From Phoronis australis (Eukaryota; Animalia; Phoronida), in NCBI GenBank assembly GCA_002633005.1, contig NMRA01000050.1, positions 1,223,387-1,287,386 of the forward strand: a DNA stretch of 64,000 nucleotides. The letters run 5' to 3'. Below the pieces are notes generated by a model. That model saw only the letters and a list, made by a program, of their open reading frames with translations, was not told the origin of the DNA and did no database searches. The position numbers were made by a program, and so were the translations under genes. This document shows positions 24,679 through 37,624 of this stretch, piece by piece (within the stretch, counting starts at the first letter, position 1; each line of letters opens with the position of its first letter).

Positions 24679-26072
24679 TGAACTGGACGACACTCGGTAC
24701 TTGTGGTTAATGTCTGGGTCAACACGATGTGTGTACAACAAGTGCTCAACTGTAAATACTGCTATTGTTATCTTCACGAGATAACAACGACTGCGAGACT
24801 GTGTAAACTTTTCAACGTTGTGCCAGACTATGCACCTCTGTGCCTCCCACTGCGCAGATGAACTATCATCTCACTGGTAGCTGTTTCCATGGAATCAGCC
24901 TCCATTGCTACTTGAAATTCTCCCATTTTTCTCTTGTGTCAGTCACAACAAACTACATACAGATAGCAAAATGGTAACACTAGCCAGCAATACCACTCCA
25001 AACAATGAAGTTACTGGGGCACTGACGGCGCATATAACGTCCACGGAAATCTGGTCACCAGTGGTTTTACCTTTGCCTGTAAATGCCAATGAATCTTTCA
25101 CCTTGACACTGTCCTCCACTTTCAGCGCCCTGCATCAAAACCACTTGAAGATTCCTCAAAAATAACGTTTGTTCAGATACACTCCACAACTAACTCACAG
25201 TAAGCATCTTCTTTGTTAACAGGACAATCACAAATAAACCAAAAATAAATTATATTTTTCATAGAACGCTGTACGATTTGGAAAGTCGCAAGAGGTGAGG
25301 GGGCAACCACAATTTTTGAAGGAAAATGTTATGAAAATAATTTATCGGGGGTGTTTTGTTATTTTTAGCCGGCGTGGGAATAAGATTACTGAGCATTGTA
25401 AAACCAGTGAGATTTACTTATGGGCATAAGTAATGAAAATAAAGTTTTAAATTGGATACTTTTGCAATTAAAACATTTTATTTACCTATCCAGGTGTAAA
25501 AAAATAATCCCCAGTTTCTGTCAGTTCCTTAAGATATTAGAAAGAGAATTTTATATTCAAAGAAGGATTTTATTAAATAATGGTAATTTGGATGAATACC
25601 ATGCAACCTGGAGAAACTGGTTAACCATAACTTTTGCCTGACAACATCCTACTAAGAGTAAGTTGGGGGGGAGGGGGCGGGTGCGTGTGGCGTGTATGTT
25701 AAGGATGAGAATGGCTTGATTTTTTTCTTACATATCTGTATTTCTGTTCTGTATACCAAATTGTGATACTTGACGATAATTTGTTGCAACTAATGTACTT
25801 GTATACTGTATTGTTTATTGTGTCGTGTAAATTGTAAATACCCATGCTAGAGAAAATAAAAACACTTAAAAAAAAAAAAAAAACCAGTGAGATTTGAATT
25901 TCGACTCGCATAAGGTGTCCTGCCAAAACTACTGCTGTTTGTCTAGTAAGTATCCTCATTCCGTGACTACGAGTACTTTTTGGAAATAAAGCAGAGTACT
26001 CTCGGTGCCTATAAAATATGAAATTTAATAAATGATAAATTGATTCGCAGTTTGCGGGCCAATTTTCACTTT

Positions 26073-29000
26073 TAGTGTAGTAGCCAGGCCAATAGCTCCC
26101 AGAGTGATCCCTGCAATGTTGATTACTGTAATTTTTTTGTTGAAATATATTAAATACATGTATGATCAGGAGAACAAAATTAGCTTGGTTGCACTTAGTG
26201 CAACTTAGAACATGTTTTTGCAATTCAAGATGGCGAATTCCGTCATTTTGAATTTCGACCCACTTTGGTTTTTCAACTTGATGACAAACAGGGTCATGTA
26301 ATACATTGTTTATACCATTTTCCGTGATGGGGTGTCCATTTCTGGTGTTATTTTATTAATACGGGGTCACTTTCAAGGTTAAACCAGAGGTCAAAGGTCA
26401 AAACTGCCTAGCAGCCTTCTGACATTTTGTTTTTAATTTCAATATTTTTCATTTTCTTCGTTAATCTCCTCAAGACATATTGTCAAAATGCTCACTATTA
26501 CAAACATTTTGCTCACAAGCTTCATGAGGGTTGTATTGGTACAATAGAGAAAGCATATGCATGGAAATGCTCATACGCTCAGCAGTTCAATGCTGGTGCG
26601 TCTAGTATGGTCACTGCCCATTACTCAAAAAAACTACTCCGAAAAGAAAACGCTACTCCAAATATAAACGCATTTGTTTCAGTTTGTAACGCTAATACAT
26701 GCGCGCACCCAGTCTAAAATATGGGAGGCTAAAAGTTTTGGCAATGTGGACCTTTCACAAACAAAAAACATGGATCTAAAAAGCGGGATATCACTTTCAG
26801 GTATATGAATTGCGCATTCGCACCTTTTTAATGGACTTTTGTCTCGTTTTCTCGGATATTTTGTTTTTTTTAGGCGGACCTTTATGCCCACTTCGCCAAA
26901 TGGGGGGCTCATTCCTTGAGTGTACGCACGTAATACGATACGTTTACTCTCGATCAAGCGAACTTCAAAGGAGATAGGGTACAAGAGTTGTTAACTACAA
27001 AGACAGTAGTAATGGCAGAAATATGTCCTTGGACTTTATTGTCCAAATTTTGTGAGGGTATTTCGTTAGTAAGTAAAAAATTAATAAACCTTTCGTGAAA
27101 TTTTGAGAAAATTTAGGAAGATCAAGTAAAAAATCGTAGTATGGTGTTTTTTCGGAGTAGTGGACCTACGGAGTAGCTGTTTTTTTTCGGAGTGGTGGTA
27201 AGGACCATTGGAGTATTAACCTGTTACACTCCAGTAGTCAACAGAAAGGCTAGAACCGATACTGTGTAGGTATACAATCTCATCACAGCCATATGCTGTT
27301 ACTCAATGTCTACTCAGTCTTATGAAGAGCTGATGGTTTACCTAAAGATGGTCCTTAAACAACACTGTCTCAAGGAGATGTTGACATATTTCTTCGTAGC
27401 AAGTCACCATAATTGTGTACGGTACCTGCGCTGGTGTAGCATTTTTCAAAATAAACCAAACAAAATGGAACTTGTTTTCGACTAGAATACGATAGCGCCT
27501 CCATGTACGTTGTCTTAATTTTCACAATTTGCACGTAACTCCATCCATTAACAATATTAAACGGCTAGGCGCAATAACGTCAACCTGAACTACGACAAAT
27601 TTCGACAAACGTGTGATAAGTGTTCAACTAAGGTGCCAAAAATTTCTGGCAAGAAGTTTATACTAACTTAAGCAGCTTGACAGAGTTCTTTCGAACTTTA
27701 TAATAAAGTTTGCTGTGTGTGGAGCACCTGTCCAATAATGTCAAAAAATTCTATTTGAAGCTGCGCACAGCTGTCAACACTTGGGTGACAAGACTGTAGT
27801 ACCAGCTGACCAATCCGAAGAACAGGCATACTGCATATCAAACGAGTAAAAGGTTTTGGGATTATAAGTGGCATTTTAATGAGAGTCGAGCAATAAAGCG
27901 GTCATGTGGTTAAAGAGTTTCAGTGGGTGTGCCCGCCTTGATACTGCCACGGAGAACATAAGTCATGTGGAATGAAGGTGGTGAAGAGCAAACGTCACAT
28001 AGTGGAGTGACAGGAAAAAGACTAAGAACAAGAAGGGAGTAGTGGACATGGACCAGGATGAATAGAGAAAGATTGCAGAGGAGACAGAGAAGCACAGACA
28101 TCCGCTCATTGACCATCATATGTCCATAACATCTGCAATCACCGAGTAGATTCCAGAACGAGCTGGTCATTGGGCATGAGCAGAGCAGTCAGCTTTTTAG
28201 TTTTGGTAAGCAGTGAATGTTACAAAGCACTAAGAGAAATTCAAGATGCTGGAGTTGCTGAAGAAGCCTGCACTGTCGAGGGAAGGTCATGGCGTTGAGG
28301 TGCTGTTCAGTTGCCTAGTGTTATTCGTAAGACAACAATGTAACATTAACATAGCTGATATCTTTCAGTATGAACTTATTGTGTCCGCTCGGCAAATACG
28401 GCAGTCTGAGAGAGGGTGGCAATGCCATTTTGGTCAAATCTCTTCGCGTCATGTCCCAAATCATTCTGCTACGGAGGTGGTGTTGGTTGCTGTTGTCCAG
28501 CTTTCGGAAGCAGGTCGTTTGGAGTGTTTCCGGAAATACAGGATATTTAGGTAAAACCTCGGCACTCTGCTAGCCCCCTATCCTCCCGCTTGTGAAACAA
28601 TTATTCGTTTTGAAAAATATGACCACAAAGATCCTTACACAAAGGATCATGAGACGATAACATGAGGAAAAGTTGAGGAAGTCATGCTAACCCCTGTTCC
28701 CAAACACCCCTCTTTTGTCGCTAAACTATTCTAAATAACGCTATGTTAAACATCTTGTGTGTATGAAGCTACTCGCGGATCAAGAAGAGCCACTGTAATT
28801 ACACGTGCTGAAGCAGACGTTGTATTGGTAAAGGTTGAAAGTGGTGGAAGAAGGCACCGACACCATCAGGATCACTTGTGACAACACTGACGTCTCCGAG
28901 CTCTTGATTTATGGGATGTCTAATGTGCCAGTAGAAGCCAAAACTCAAATGGAGAAGTGGAATGGCAGTATTTCGGACACAATGTAACAATTCAGAGATT

Positions 29001-30049
29001 TGACCTGAACATGAAAAATGCCGCCAACATGAGAGGTCACAAGACGTGAGGGTACTGGACAAAGACTAGTTCTTGGTTTGAACGAGCTGTCAGAGACACC
29101 AATAACTTCTCTCTAAGTAGACACGGAGGTGTCAAGTTGAACTTATCGCAGTCAGTGACTTGTGGTCCATTTTCTTGAAGCTGTTCTCTATGAACACCGA
29201 CGCATGGGGGATTTTTTCGAGAAGCAGTGAGTCATCAATCCCCAGTAGAAGTCAGGCGGCTCCGCAAAGTCAGGAAATTTAGTAAGTTCCAGAAGTCATA
29301 GTTTATGAGTTTTCCCTGGATTAATAATAGTGCCCATCCTAGTCTACTTATCTGTAACCTGCACAGATTACACGTAATCTATGCACATACCCCTATTCAC
29401 TATGAGGAGGCAGAGTAATTTAGTGTTCTTTTTGTAATCAAGGTTGTGTTTCCGAGTCACACGAGGCACACTGCTAGTCGCTTGAGTCAAGTCCATTGCT
29501 CCTCAGGTCTGTTTCAACTAATAAAGCATAAACATGATCCAAGGTGATCAGTGAGATGGGCCTTCCTGAGCGGCATGCGTAGGTCTGGTACAACAATATT
29601 TTAAACTAGTTATTGAGATCTTGGGAGGACATCTTATTCCAGTATTTAGCTATCCCTTATTCTTGATATAATGGAATCACAGAAATGACAATTCCGCATA
29701 ATTTCCATAAATTTAACTTTTCGTTTCCTTGTTTCAGTTCAACGCGACCTTTGACCTCTCATTTGACCTTGACTTTGCATCCGTCAAATAATATCAGAAA
29801 TGGACTCTTCGTCCCAAAAAGCATTGGAAACCATAAATTACAGGATCCTACACGGTATCATGTTCAGAGTGTAGAAATTATGCGAAATTCAAGATGGCAG
29901 AAGCCGTCATCTTGAATTATAAAAAATGCTCAAAGTTGCACAAAGTGCAACTAAGTTAATTTTGTTCTCCTAACCACATATAATAACTTTCCAAAAAAAA
30001 CTTTACAGTAAACAACATTGCAGAGTCAACTTTTTTGGCAACTAGACTA
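26073..30049. mobile_element. Academ-like DNA transposon (long TIRs, decayed transposase)
   Basis: Termini TAGTGTAGTAGCCA / TGGCAACTAGACTA; diverged inverted homology of ~300 bp (26073-26400 vs 29740-30049); TTT flanks; transposase-like remnants near 28280-28450 (+, LFSCLV..DIFQYEL..GSLREG) and 28700-29150 (-). Confidence 0.6.
26698..26930. mobile_element. CATG-ended MITE family copy 3 (5-bp TSD TAATA), nested in Academ-like element
   Basis: Homologous to copy 2; TAATA at 26693-26697 and 26931-26935. Confidence 0.75.
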
Positions 30050-31168
30050 TTTTTGTTGACGTTTGTCGGTGTAACTCATTGTGGTGAAATGGCTTAACCA
30101 TCAGTCACTTTCGACTTCAAATGACATGAAATCCGTTAGTGCCAGAGGATTCTTGGACTTATTTTGTAGATCTAAGGTAGCTCAACACATTGGTTGCTTC
30201 TACTTTTCTAAAACCTGTGCCAGCTGAGATAACAATTTAATCAATTTTGACAGTTTCAAAAATCACTACAAGTACTCATGTCATGCGACTCTAAAAATAG
30301 ACAAAAATTATCGAAATCTTTTAAATTTGCATGAATAAAGTAGTCGAAGGTCACACCTGATCAATAACACAGGTTCAATATTTCAACTTTACTTTCACCG
30401 CGTAATGTAACTTGATGGAAACAAATAGTATCCATCGAAACCAAAACGAGGCGTTTTGAAAAAAATAAAGGTGGTCTGGAGTCAGTGGGGCCAGGGTCAT
30501 CACACAGAGAAAATATAAAGAGAATCTGTGACAAAGCATTTATCACCCTCTGCCTGATCCATTCGCGAACATGCTCTTAAAATGTTTGCAACATATTTCC
30601 CACATCATACTGAGATTGGCATATTCATATACAATACCATTATTATTTCACAAAACAGATATATTTGAATAAAGTACTATAGACAACAGCAAAGAACAAC
30701 ACGTCAGAGAAACACTGCATAAGAAAACGACTTCAACTAATGACGTCACTTCAGATGCTGGAAATACGCTTGCTGGAATTGCAGCTTTGGAAAACTAGGA
30801 TGTGATACAGAATAATGACGTCACTTTAGATGGTAGGAATACGTTTGCTGGCATTGCTGCTTTCCACGACCACTAATACAGAATATTTTGTGTTAAGAAG
30901 GTCTCAAGCTATTCCTACAAAGTAATAAACACAAGCACTCAACGACAAAGGCGCATAGATACACCTCAGGTTTTCAAAAATTGCCCCCAAACTTTTAAGT
31001 TAAAAACAGGCCATTGTACTAACATTATTAAATGAAGACCAGTGGTCAATACTGAATCATCAATACCTCGAAATCATTCACGCAAATTACCAAACCAATA
31101 CAGAGATTTAGCCAAAAATCGACAATTTTTCGAGCACATGTCAAACGAATCGCACAATATTCCATATT

Positions 31169-31384
31169 CACGGGCGCACTCAGCCCAAAAATGGGAGCTC
31201 TAATTATTGAGAATGTCTACCTTTCATTAAGATTCACGGGTTACGTTCAGAGCTATGAATTTTAGTAGACCTTTGTCTCCTTATCTACATGTTTTCGGAG
31301 CTTTTGTTTCTCCAAGGCGGACCTTTTTGGCCACTTTGCCAAATAGAGGGGCTCATTCGAGCCTCCCCCCTGGGTGCACGCATG
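31169..31384. mobile_element. CATG-ended MITE family copy 4
   Basis: CACGGGCGCAC...GGGTGCACGCATG; flanks ATATT/ACATT. Confidence 0.65.
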
Positions 31385-33544
31385 ACATTCAACGTTCTCA
31401 ACTTCTTAATTACCCTCACCATTTTCCGGGCTTGGGACCGGCACTAATGCGAGACGTACGTAGGATGTATTCGGTTAGAAATTATCTTGCGAGTTTGACA
31501 AGCTCCCTGCTAGGCACGAGGTCTCGTTGACGTTTGCCAAGTAATTTTGCGACCATGAAAGCAAACTCAAATAGAATGGCTGCCATTCATGTTGATGGTA
31601 TAACAATGTCTGAATATTGAATTGTGAGAGATGGGGGACACAAACGTGCTATTTCTGCTGCATAAGCCCAGACGGTTCCCTGCGTGCCGCTAGGTGGTAG
31701 CGAGCACGTGTTATCTACACGCAGGGAATCAGCGAGTAACTAAACGCGCCCAGCAAAAGTTGGCGTTGGCGCCTGGGTTTTAAAAATAACAAAAAAGTTG
31801 AACACAAAGCGTACTGCAAAAACATCAACGGGTTCATCACGCATAGGCAATGCCAAGCCAAACGGCATTTCAGTGGTATCCGAATCGGAATTTCCAAAAT
31901 TCATTCTTGGCAGAGAGCCGCTTCCTCGCACTTGTCTACAAGCACGACTAAACTCCAGGAAATTTCCAGCCGAGTCTTTCAGATGTGTCAGAAACGGTGC
32001 CCAGGAACGACATGTACATTTCACATACGGAAAGTTATGTAAATTTACGCTAAGCACTAGACAAGTTCAGGAGCATTACCCGGTAAAGCAGAGAAGCATC
32101 CATCACAGCCGAAGGCAATTTTTTGTAGAACAGCATATTCACGCACTGCAATCTGCGGGTATTTTTTCTAACACAGGAAACGCTTCACTACTAAAACGTT
32201 AGGAAAACCATATTTGATGTACTAAACAAATTCTGTTGCCACGAAAGTTTCCCAAAGATGTTAACATGTAATCCAAATCCAGACAAATAATCACCAATAC
32301 CTTAATGAATTGCACGTCTCAACTTTTGGTAACACTATCAAACCAGGGAGCATTTTTGAAGTGAGTATATACACAAAACATACGAGAGTGGCGTACGTGG
32401 AGTAATATCCCACGAGACATTAATCTGACCGAGACAAAAGGTCGATACGCGGAATAATGTCGAGTGGGATATTGCCGCATAGGCCAATCGTGGTACGTTT
32501 TGTATTTATCCAATATGCTTCTAATTCCTAAGTTTATTTCATTTTTCCTCAGATTTTCTAAATACTTCTCTCAGGCTGTTCGGCTGTTCAGGTGGCGGAT
32601 CACATCCTAAATTTGAAACTATGTACTTTCATCTTTAGATTGCAAGTTTCTCCAGTAAAGAAACAGTTTTAAATGTAAGGATGTATTATTTGAAGAGAGA
32701 TAATAAGAGAAAAAAACGGTAACTTTTCACTGAACTTGTAACATCTCCTGAAAATCGTTAAATAATAACAATATTTGATTGTGGTTAACGAGGAATTGGC
32801 GCCTCTGAGTTGCAGACGATATAATATTTAGCAATTGAAAACTGAGGCACAACTGTCATATAATGAACAGTCCTGTTCCAGATGTTACGATTGGGACCTG
32901 GTTGCATGTTGAGCGTTACTCACACTGTTGCAATTGCATTACTTTAAACTATTTTCTGAACGTTTGATGATGGAACAAGCAATCAGAGAGTAAACATTGA
33001 TCTACCTTTTGAACTTTCCATGTCAGAGGTCACTGTTGAGGTGAATACCGAAAATTTTTTACATGGCCGTATTTCCCTCGACAGATTCAAGGCCTGGGGG
33101 ATAAAATGTCATACATAACTCTACCACAAATATGGGTGAATAACAGCGGCAGATATACACGTATATAAACTTGCATATGTTGAGGGGAGTACACAGGAAA
33201 ATGCGGTTTGGCTGTGTACCAGGTGGTTCGTAGACAAGAACACAAGAGATGAATCTTGAATAATATATTGGAGACTGTCAACGAATGACGAGAACAACTT
33301 TCAATGCGGGAAAACAACTCATACTACCGGAGCTACCGATAATACAGATACTCCTTAAAATATAAGTGAAAGTGATATAAATAGATACCATAGAAACACG
33401 AATTAACCAATCAAATAAATGAACAAATAAAGGATGCACTATACTCATCCTCATTTGGAAGAAAGTGATAGTAAACAACAGTAAGTGATGTAATACGATG
33501 ACTAAACTAAATGAAGCAAAAACACAATAACATATTCTTGGACA

Positions 33545-33720
33545 TATGTATATATACTTGCATACGTATATATACTTGCATACGTATATATACTTGCATA
33601 CGTATATATACTTGCATACGTATATATACTTGCATACGTATATATACTTGCATACGTATATATACTTGCATACGTATATATACTTGCATACGTATATATA
33701 CTTGCATATGTATATATACT
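33545..33720. repeat. Minisatellite, 18-bp unit TATATATACTTGCATACG, about 9-10 copies
   Basis: Read directly from the sequence; produces the spurious repetitive ORFs in the track. Confidence 0.95.
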
Positions 33721-34373
33721 TCCACCATAGATACCAGAAAGCAACACTACACACCTACAACACAAATACATGTACATGTACTATTACCATAAATACCAAC
33801 CCAGGGCCCTCATTCACCCGAGGGGAATGTTGCTTGTGCCTTTTAAGAGGATAATGAACTACATGTATACCATTCTTAGTTAATAATAGCATCAGGGATA
33901 ATATCTATAGACACATATCCAAGATACTCAGGAGAAAACACTAGTGACAACCATAGGTTGATCCTGTCCATATTTCTCAAAGCTGCGATGATATTCCTCT
34001 GGCGACAAGTGAAGGCACCTGGTCAGGTGCAAAGCCCCAGGCATCTTGGGTTGTCATGATCAAACATGGTGGAACTGGTCAGACGAAGAACATGTCATGC
34101 GTCACCTGGTTTTGGGAAATGCACAAATTAACGAAACCATACAACAGAGTATGTTTGCAAGAAGATTATGTGAGTAAATGGAAATTTTCTAATTTGACAT
34201 TGATTTGAGTCAGCGATAATCAATTCAAGTGATGACGGAGATAGAATTACATAATTGTGTGGCTGCATGTTGCAAGCACCTCTGTTTATGAGGGTGGATA
34301 AAAATGCATAGCAAAGTCACGTGCTTTCCGGTTATAGTGACAATCTGGCCGAAGTTAGTGACACCGAAACCAG

Positions 34374-34694
34374 CCTCCCGTTCAGTAACGCTAGGACCCA
34401 GCTAAAAAGCAAGACTTCGCGAGATTACGCGAGATATTGCAGTGTATTTTAAATACGAGCACGTGACCTTGACTAGCTTTTGGCTAGACCCTAGTGTAGG
34501 TCCTAGCGTTTATTGAACACACGCCAGGCGTGCCGCACGCCAGGCGTGCGTTCAGTAGACGCTAGGACCTACGATAGGACCTAGCTAAAACCTAGTCAAA
34601 GTCACGTGCTCTCATTTAAACTGCGTGGCAATATCTCACGTAATCTCGCGAAGTCTTGCTTTTTAGGAAGGTCCTAGCGTTACTGAACAGGAGG
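34374..34694. mobile_element. Palindromic MITE built from the same unit in inverted orientation
   Basis: CCTCCCGTTCAGTAACGCTAGGACC ... GGTCCTAGCGTTACTGAACAGGAGG; 3-bp flanks CAG/CAG. Confidence 0.7.
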
Positions 34695-36567
34695 CAGGAT
34701 TGAGTTCTGTAGATGAAACAATGTTGTTAAATAGGCTTCAGTGTGATCGTGTGCTAGTTGCTCGCAATATGGAATCTCACAATAAAGCCTTGCATGATCT
34801 TGTATTTTCCTTTGTCTGCAGAAAGCACGCCTGCACAAGGGCGAGTAGACAGCTGGCCGAGAACAACAAAAGTTTGTGGATTCGTCAGAAGTTGAAATTC
34901 ACATTACCCAGAAGTCTTCCTATTTCATTCGCCAATTTCTCCACCTTCACCGCCAGCAAATTCAATCTGCGTAGCCCCAGTAGCCTGATTAATTCACTGT
35001 AATTGCCCACTTCGATGACTGCTTGTGTCTCCAGCTGAACGAGGAGTTGGCGAGTTTTTGTAATTTTTTCCAGTTTTGCGGGTCTGTAAAAAATTACACC
35101 TTAGAAAAAGAACATTGACTTCCAAAAAGCAGTCACTGGTCGGACATAAGCAGCAAGACATACTGGTCACAAAACAAATGAGACCGAGGCTACAAACAAT
35201 TGGAAACATTTTTTCAATGACACTTACGATAAACCTCCTCAACATTTTTCAGACTGAACGCAACACATGTGCCAATGTGACTGTCACAAGAAATAAAATA
35301 CTTGATAGGCATAAGCAGGGTCTTCTTTAGTCTAGTAAGTGCGTTTTTCATTGGTCAGTCATGCACAAATTAATTTCAATTGACCAATCACAAAATGAAA
35401 ACCTGTATGCAAATTACATTATAATATTGCACTCCACATACACCCTCAAACTAGTAGATCTTGCGCTTTCTAGAACTTAAGTTCTTCAATTTTAGACATT
35501 AATAGTGGTTTTAAGTCCCTAAAGCGGGTAAATTTGTAATAGGTGACAGTGCCTGACATTACGAATCTGAACTGACAAAAGTAATTAACTTCTCCTTTAT
35601 TAAGTTGCCTGGGAAACCTGTAATTCCTAAAACTTTTCACTGAGATCATGGGAAAATGAAATTTCACAGTTCTGTGAATGTAGCAAACTATTGCACTGAC
35701 ACCGTGTAGCCATGACAACAATCTCAAGATACCTGTTTGCTTCTAATGAATTATTTACTTGTTTGACCTAGAGTTTTCCGAATCAAACAAAGATTATAGT
35801 TAGTCATTCACAATTCACCAAAACGCAAATGCGAACAAAAGATACTTATTCAAAAAACAAAATGTGTTCTTACTCTATCCAACGCCCACAGTCTGCCCTA
35901 AGTTGCTCAAAAGTCGCATCTATGAGATTTTCTTCAACCGTTTGCAATAACTGGTAGTGAAGTTCACATGCTGCAGCCTTTTTGGTTTCTAATGACAAGA
36001 TATAAAGTTCATAAGGGCAGGCATTAAAATATGTCATACATATTCCAATAACAAGGGCCTCTTCGAAATTACCCCAAGTTGATCTTCACATTCTTACTCG
36101 TCAGGGATATTCCCGGACTGCGCCTTTGCGCCATTAGTGCATAACAAATAAAATAGCGCATTAAAGAACATTGCAGAAGTGCGCCCCCCCCCCCTCCCCA
36201 GGCACTATAGCAAAATTGCACTTTATGGACTCTTTAGCAAAAATGCAAGATTCTAGTTCGATTGCACGTGGGGGTTTTGTTTCGCGTGTTACTACTACAA
36301 TTACACTAAATCTGCTGGGCACAACTTTTTGAAAAGATGCAAACTTTTTATCACCAGGCTCGCCCAATGACCACAAGTTCAAACCTGTTCAGGAATATCC
36401 CTGCTTGCCACTAGTAATTTACTGCAAAGACACAAAACAATTAACTGATTATGTAGGACCTTACTAAGAAATGTGTACATTGAGCTGAACATCTAAAAGG
36501 GCATAGTAATTAATCTCCATGATAGCAAGTAGCAGCGTAAATTCAAGAAAACAACAATGGTTTTAGG

Positions 36568-36613
36568 ACTTGACATGTTTCGGTATCATTTATTCAACAC
36601 CATCCTCAGAAGT
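36568..36613 (-). ncRNA. Minimal type I hammerhead ribozyme motif, inverted copy
   Basis: Reverse complement reads ACTT CTGAGGA T GGTGT TGAATAAATG ATACC GAAA CATG TC AAGT. Confidence 0.72.
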
Positions 36614-36744
36614 GATAATACAGTGGCCACCTAGCTAGGCCCAGCAACAAGTAATGAAGCACAGTTCATTGTCACTCCCTGTAACTGACTGTTCTGTGCT
36701 TCATTACTTGTTGCTGGGCCTAGCTAGGTGGCCACTGCATTATC

Positions 36745-36790
36745 ACTTCTGAGGATGGTGTTGAATAAATGACACCGAAACATGTCAAGT
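36745..36790 (+). ncRNA. Minimal type I hammerhead ribozyme motif (Penelope type)
   Basis: Stem I ACTT/AAGT; core CTGAGGA-T; stem II GGTGT..ACACC; GAAA; palindromic ACATGT helix III; GUC cleavage triplet ending at 36786. Confidence 0.75.
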
Positions 36791-37544
36791 TTTAAAACCG
36801 TTGTTTTCTTGAACACAGTAATTAAATGTACATTCAAAGATGATCTCTATGAGCACACCAACAGACAGAATTCAATATTTGAAAACAGTTAACCCACCAA
36901 TTATGTATCAGAACAATTACTTATGTGAAATTAAACTTGGATTATTAAAAACAGAGAAGCATGAATCTATACCTGTAAAGTTCGCTGACGAAGTAACAGG
37001 ATACCAACACGTGCCTTCTGATGTATATTTCTGAACCTGTGGCAAAGTATTTTAAACATTTATTTCATTCTTAACTTTCCATTTTGTACTATGAGTACTA
37101 AATTCTGAATAATTTTGAATATGACTCTGTGTATAAAACGAGCAACTTGGGTAGAGTAACATCAGATTTGTTGCAGTGCCAACATTTTTCCACATGAAAA
37201 TTAGATCATGATTTTTTCACTGCGACCTTGAGGTCAAGGTCCGCAAAATCAACAGGAGTGTCATGTTGCCCCAACTACAACTTACAAACCATGAACAACG
37301 TTCTAAATTTATAAGCTCCCATCTTTAGGAATAGTGCACCAACAACATTTTTCAAGTATTCTTTTGGTGCTGTGACCTTGAAAATGTAAAGGTAGACGGC
37401 CATAAACACTTTGCTTTATGATAACGCATGATAATCGACAATAAAATTTCATTGATTAGACAACATGAGAATGGAATATATTTAGTGCTTGAACGATTAC
37501 CTTTACTTTTGAAACCAATTGCCATTCATAAAATAAAATCTCAC

Positions 37545-37624
37545 CTTTGCACATGGCCTTCGGCTATCAAAGGCCCCATCACCAGCATGAACTACGTGTG
37601 CACCACTCGATACAGAAAATGGAC
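37545..37624 (-). CDS. Candidate TRAF exon, degenerate MATH segment
   Basis: TTTTAG acceptor and GTGAGA donor, phase 1-0; GPFSVSSGAHVVHAGDGAFDSRRPCAK ends in K at phase 0 like TRAF WPFxQK|VT; similarity is weak. Confidence 0.4.

Larger units (their letters stand above)
36542..36813. mobile_element. Foldback of Penelope-like pseudo-LTR fragments
   Basis: ~120-bp near-perfect inverted arms around a short spacer; each arm carries a hammerhead motif. Confidence 0.7.

Noticed and set aside
24679-24777. 33-aa N-terminal extension of the AKR ORF
   Set aside because: Starts at a non-ATG codon; AKR homology begins at the ATG at 24678.
24905-25200. Possible coding exon upstream of AKR
   Set aside because: No recognisable homology and no consistent splice frame.
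33278-33854. Repetitive ORFs (CKYIYV, YTYASI, MQVYIR etc.) and a superficially CRISPR-like array
   Set aside because: Pure 18-bp minisatellite with no spacers; open in several frames by composition.
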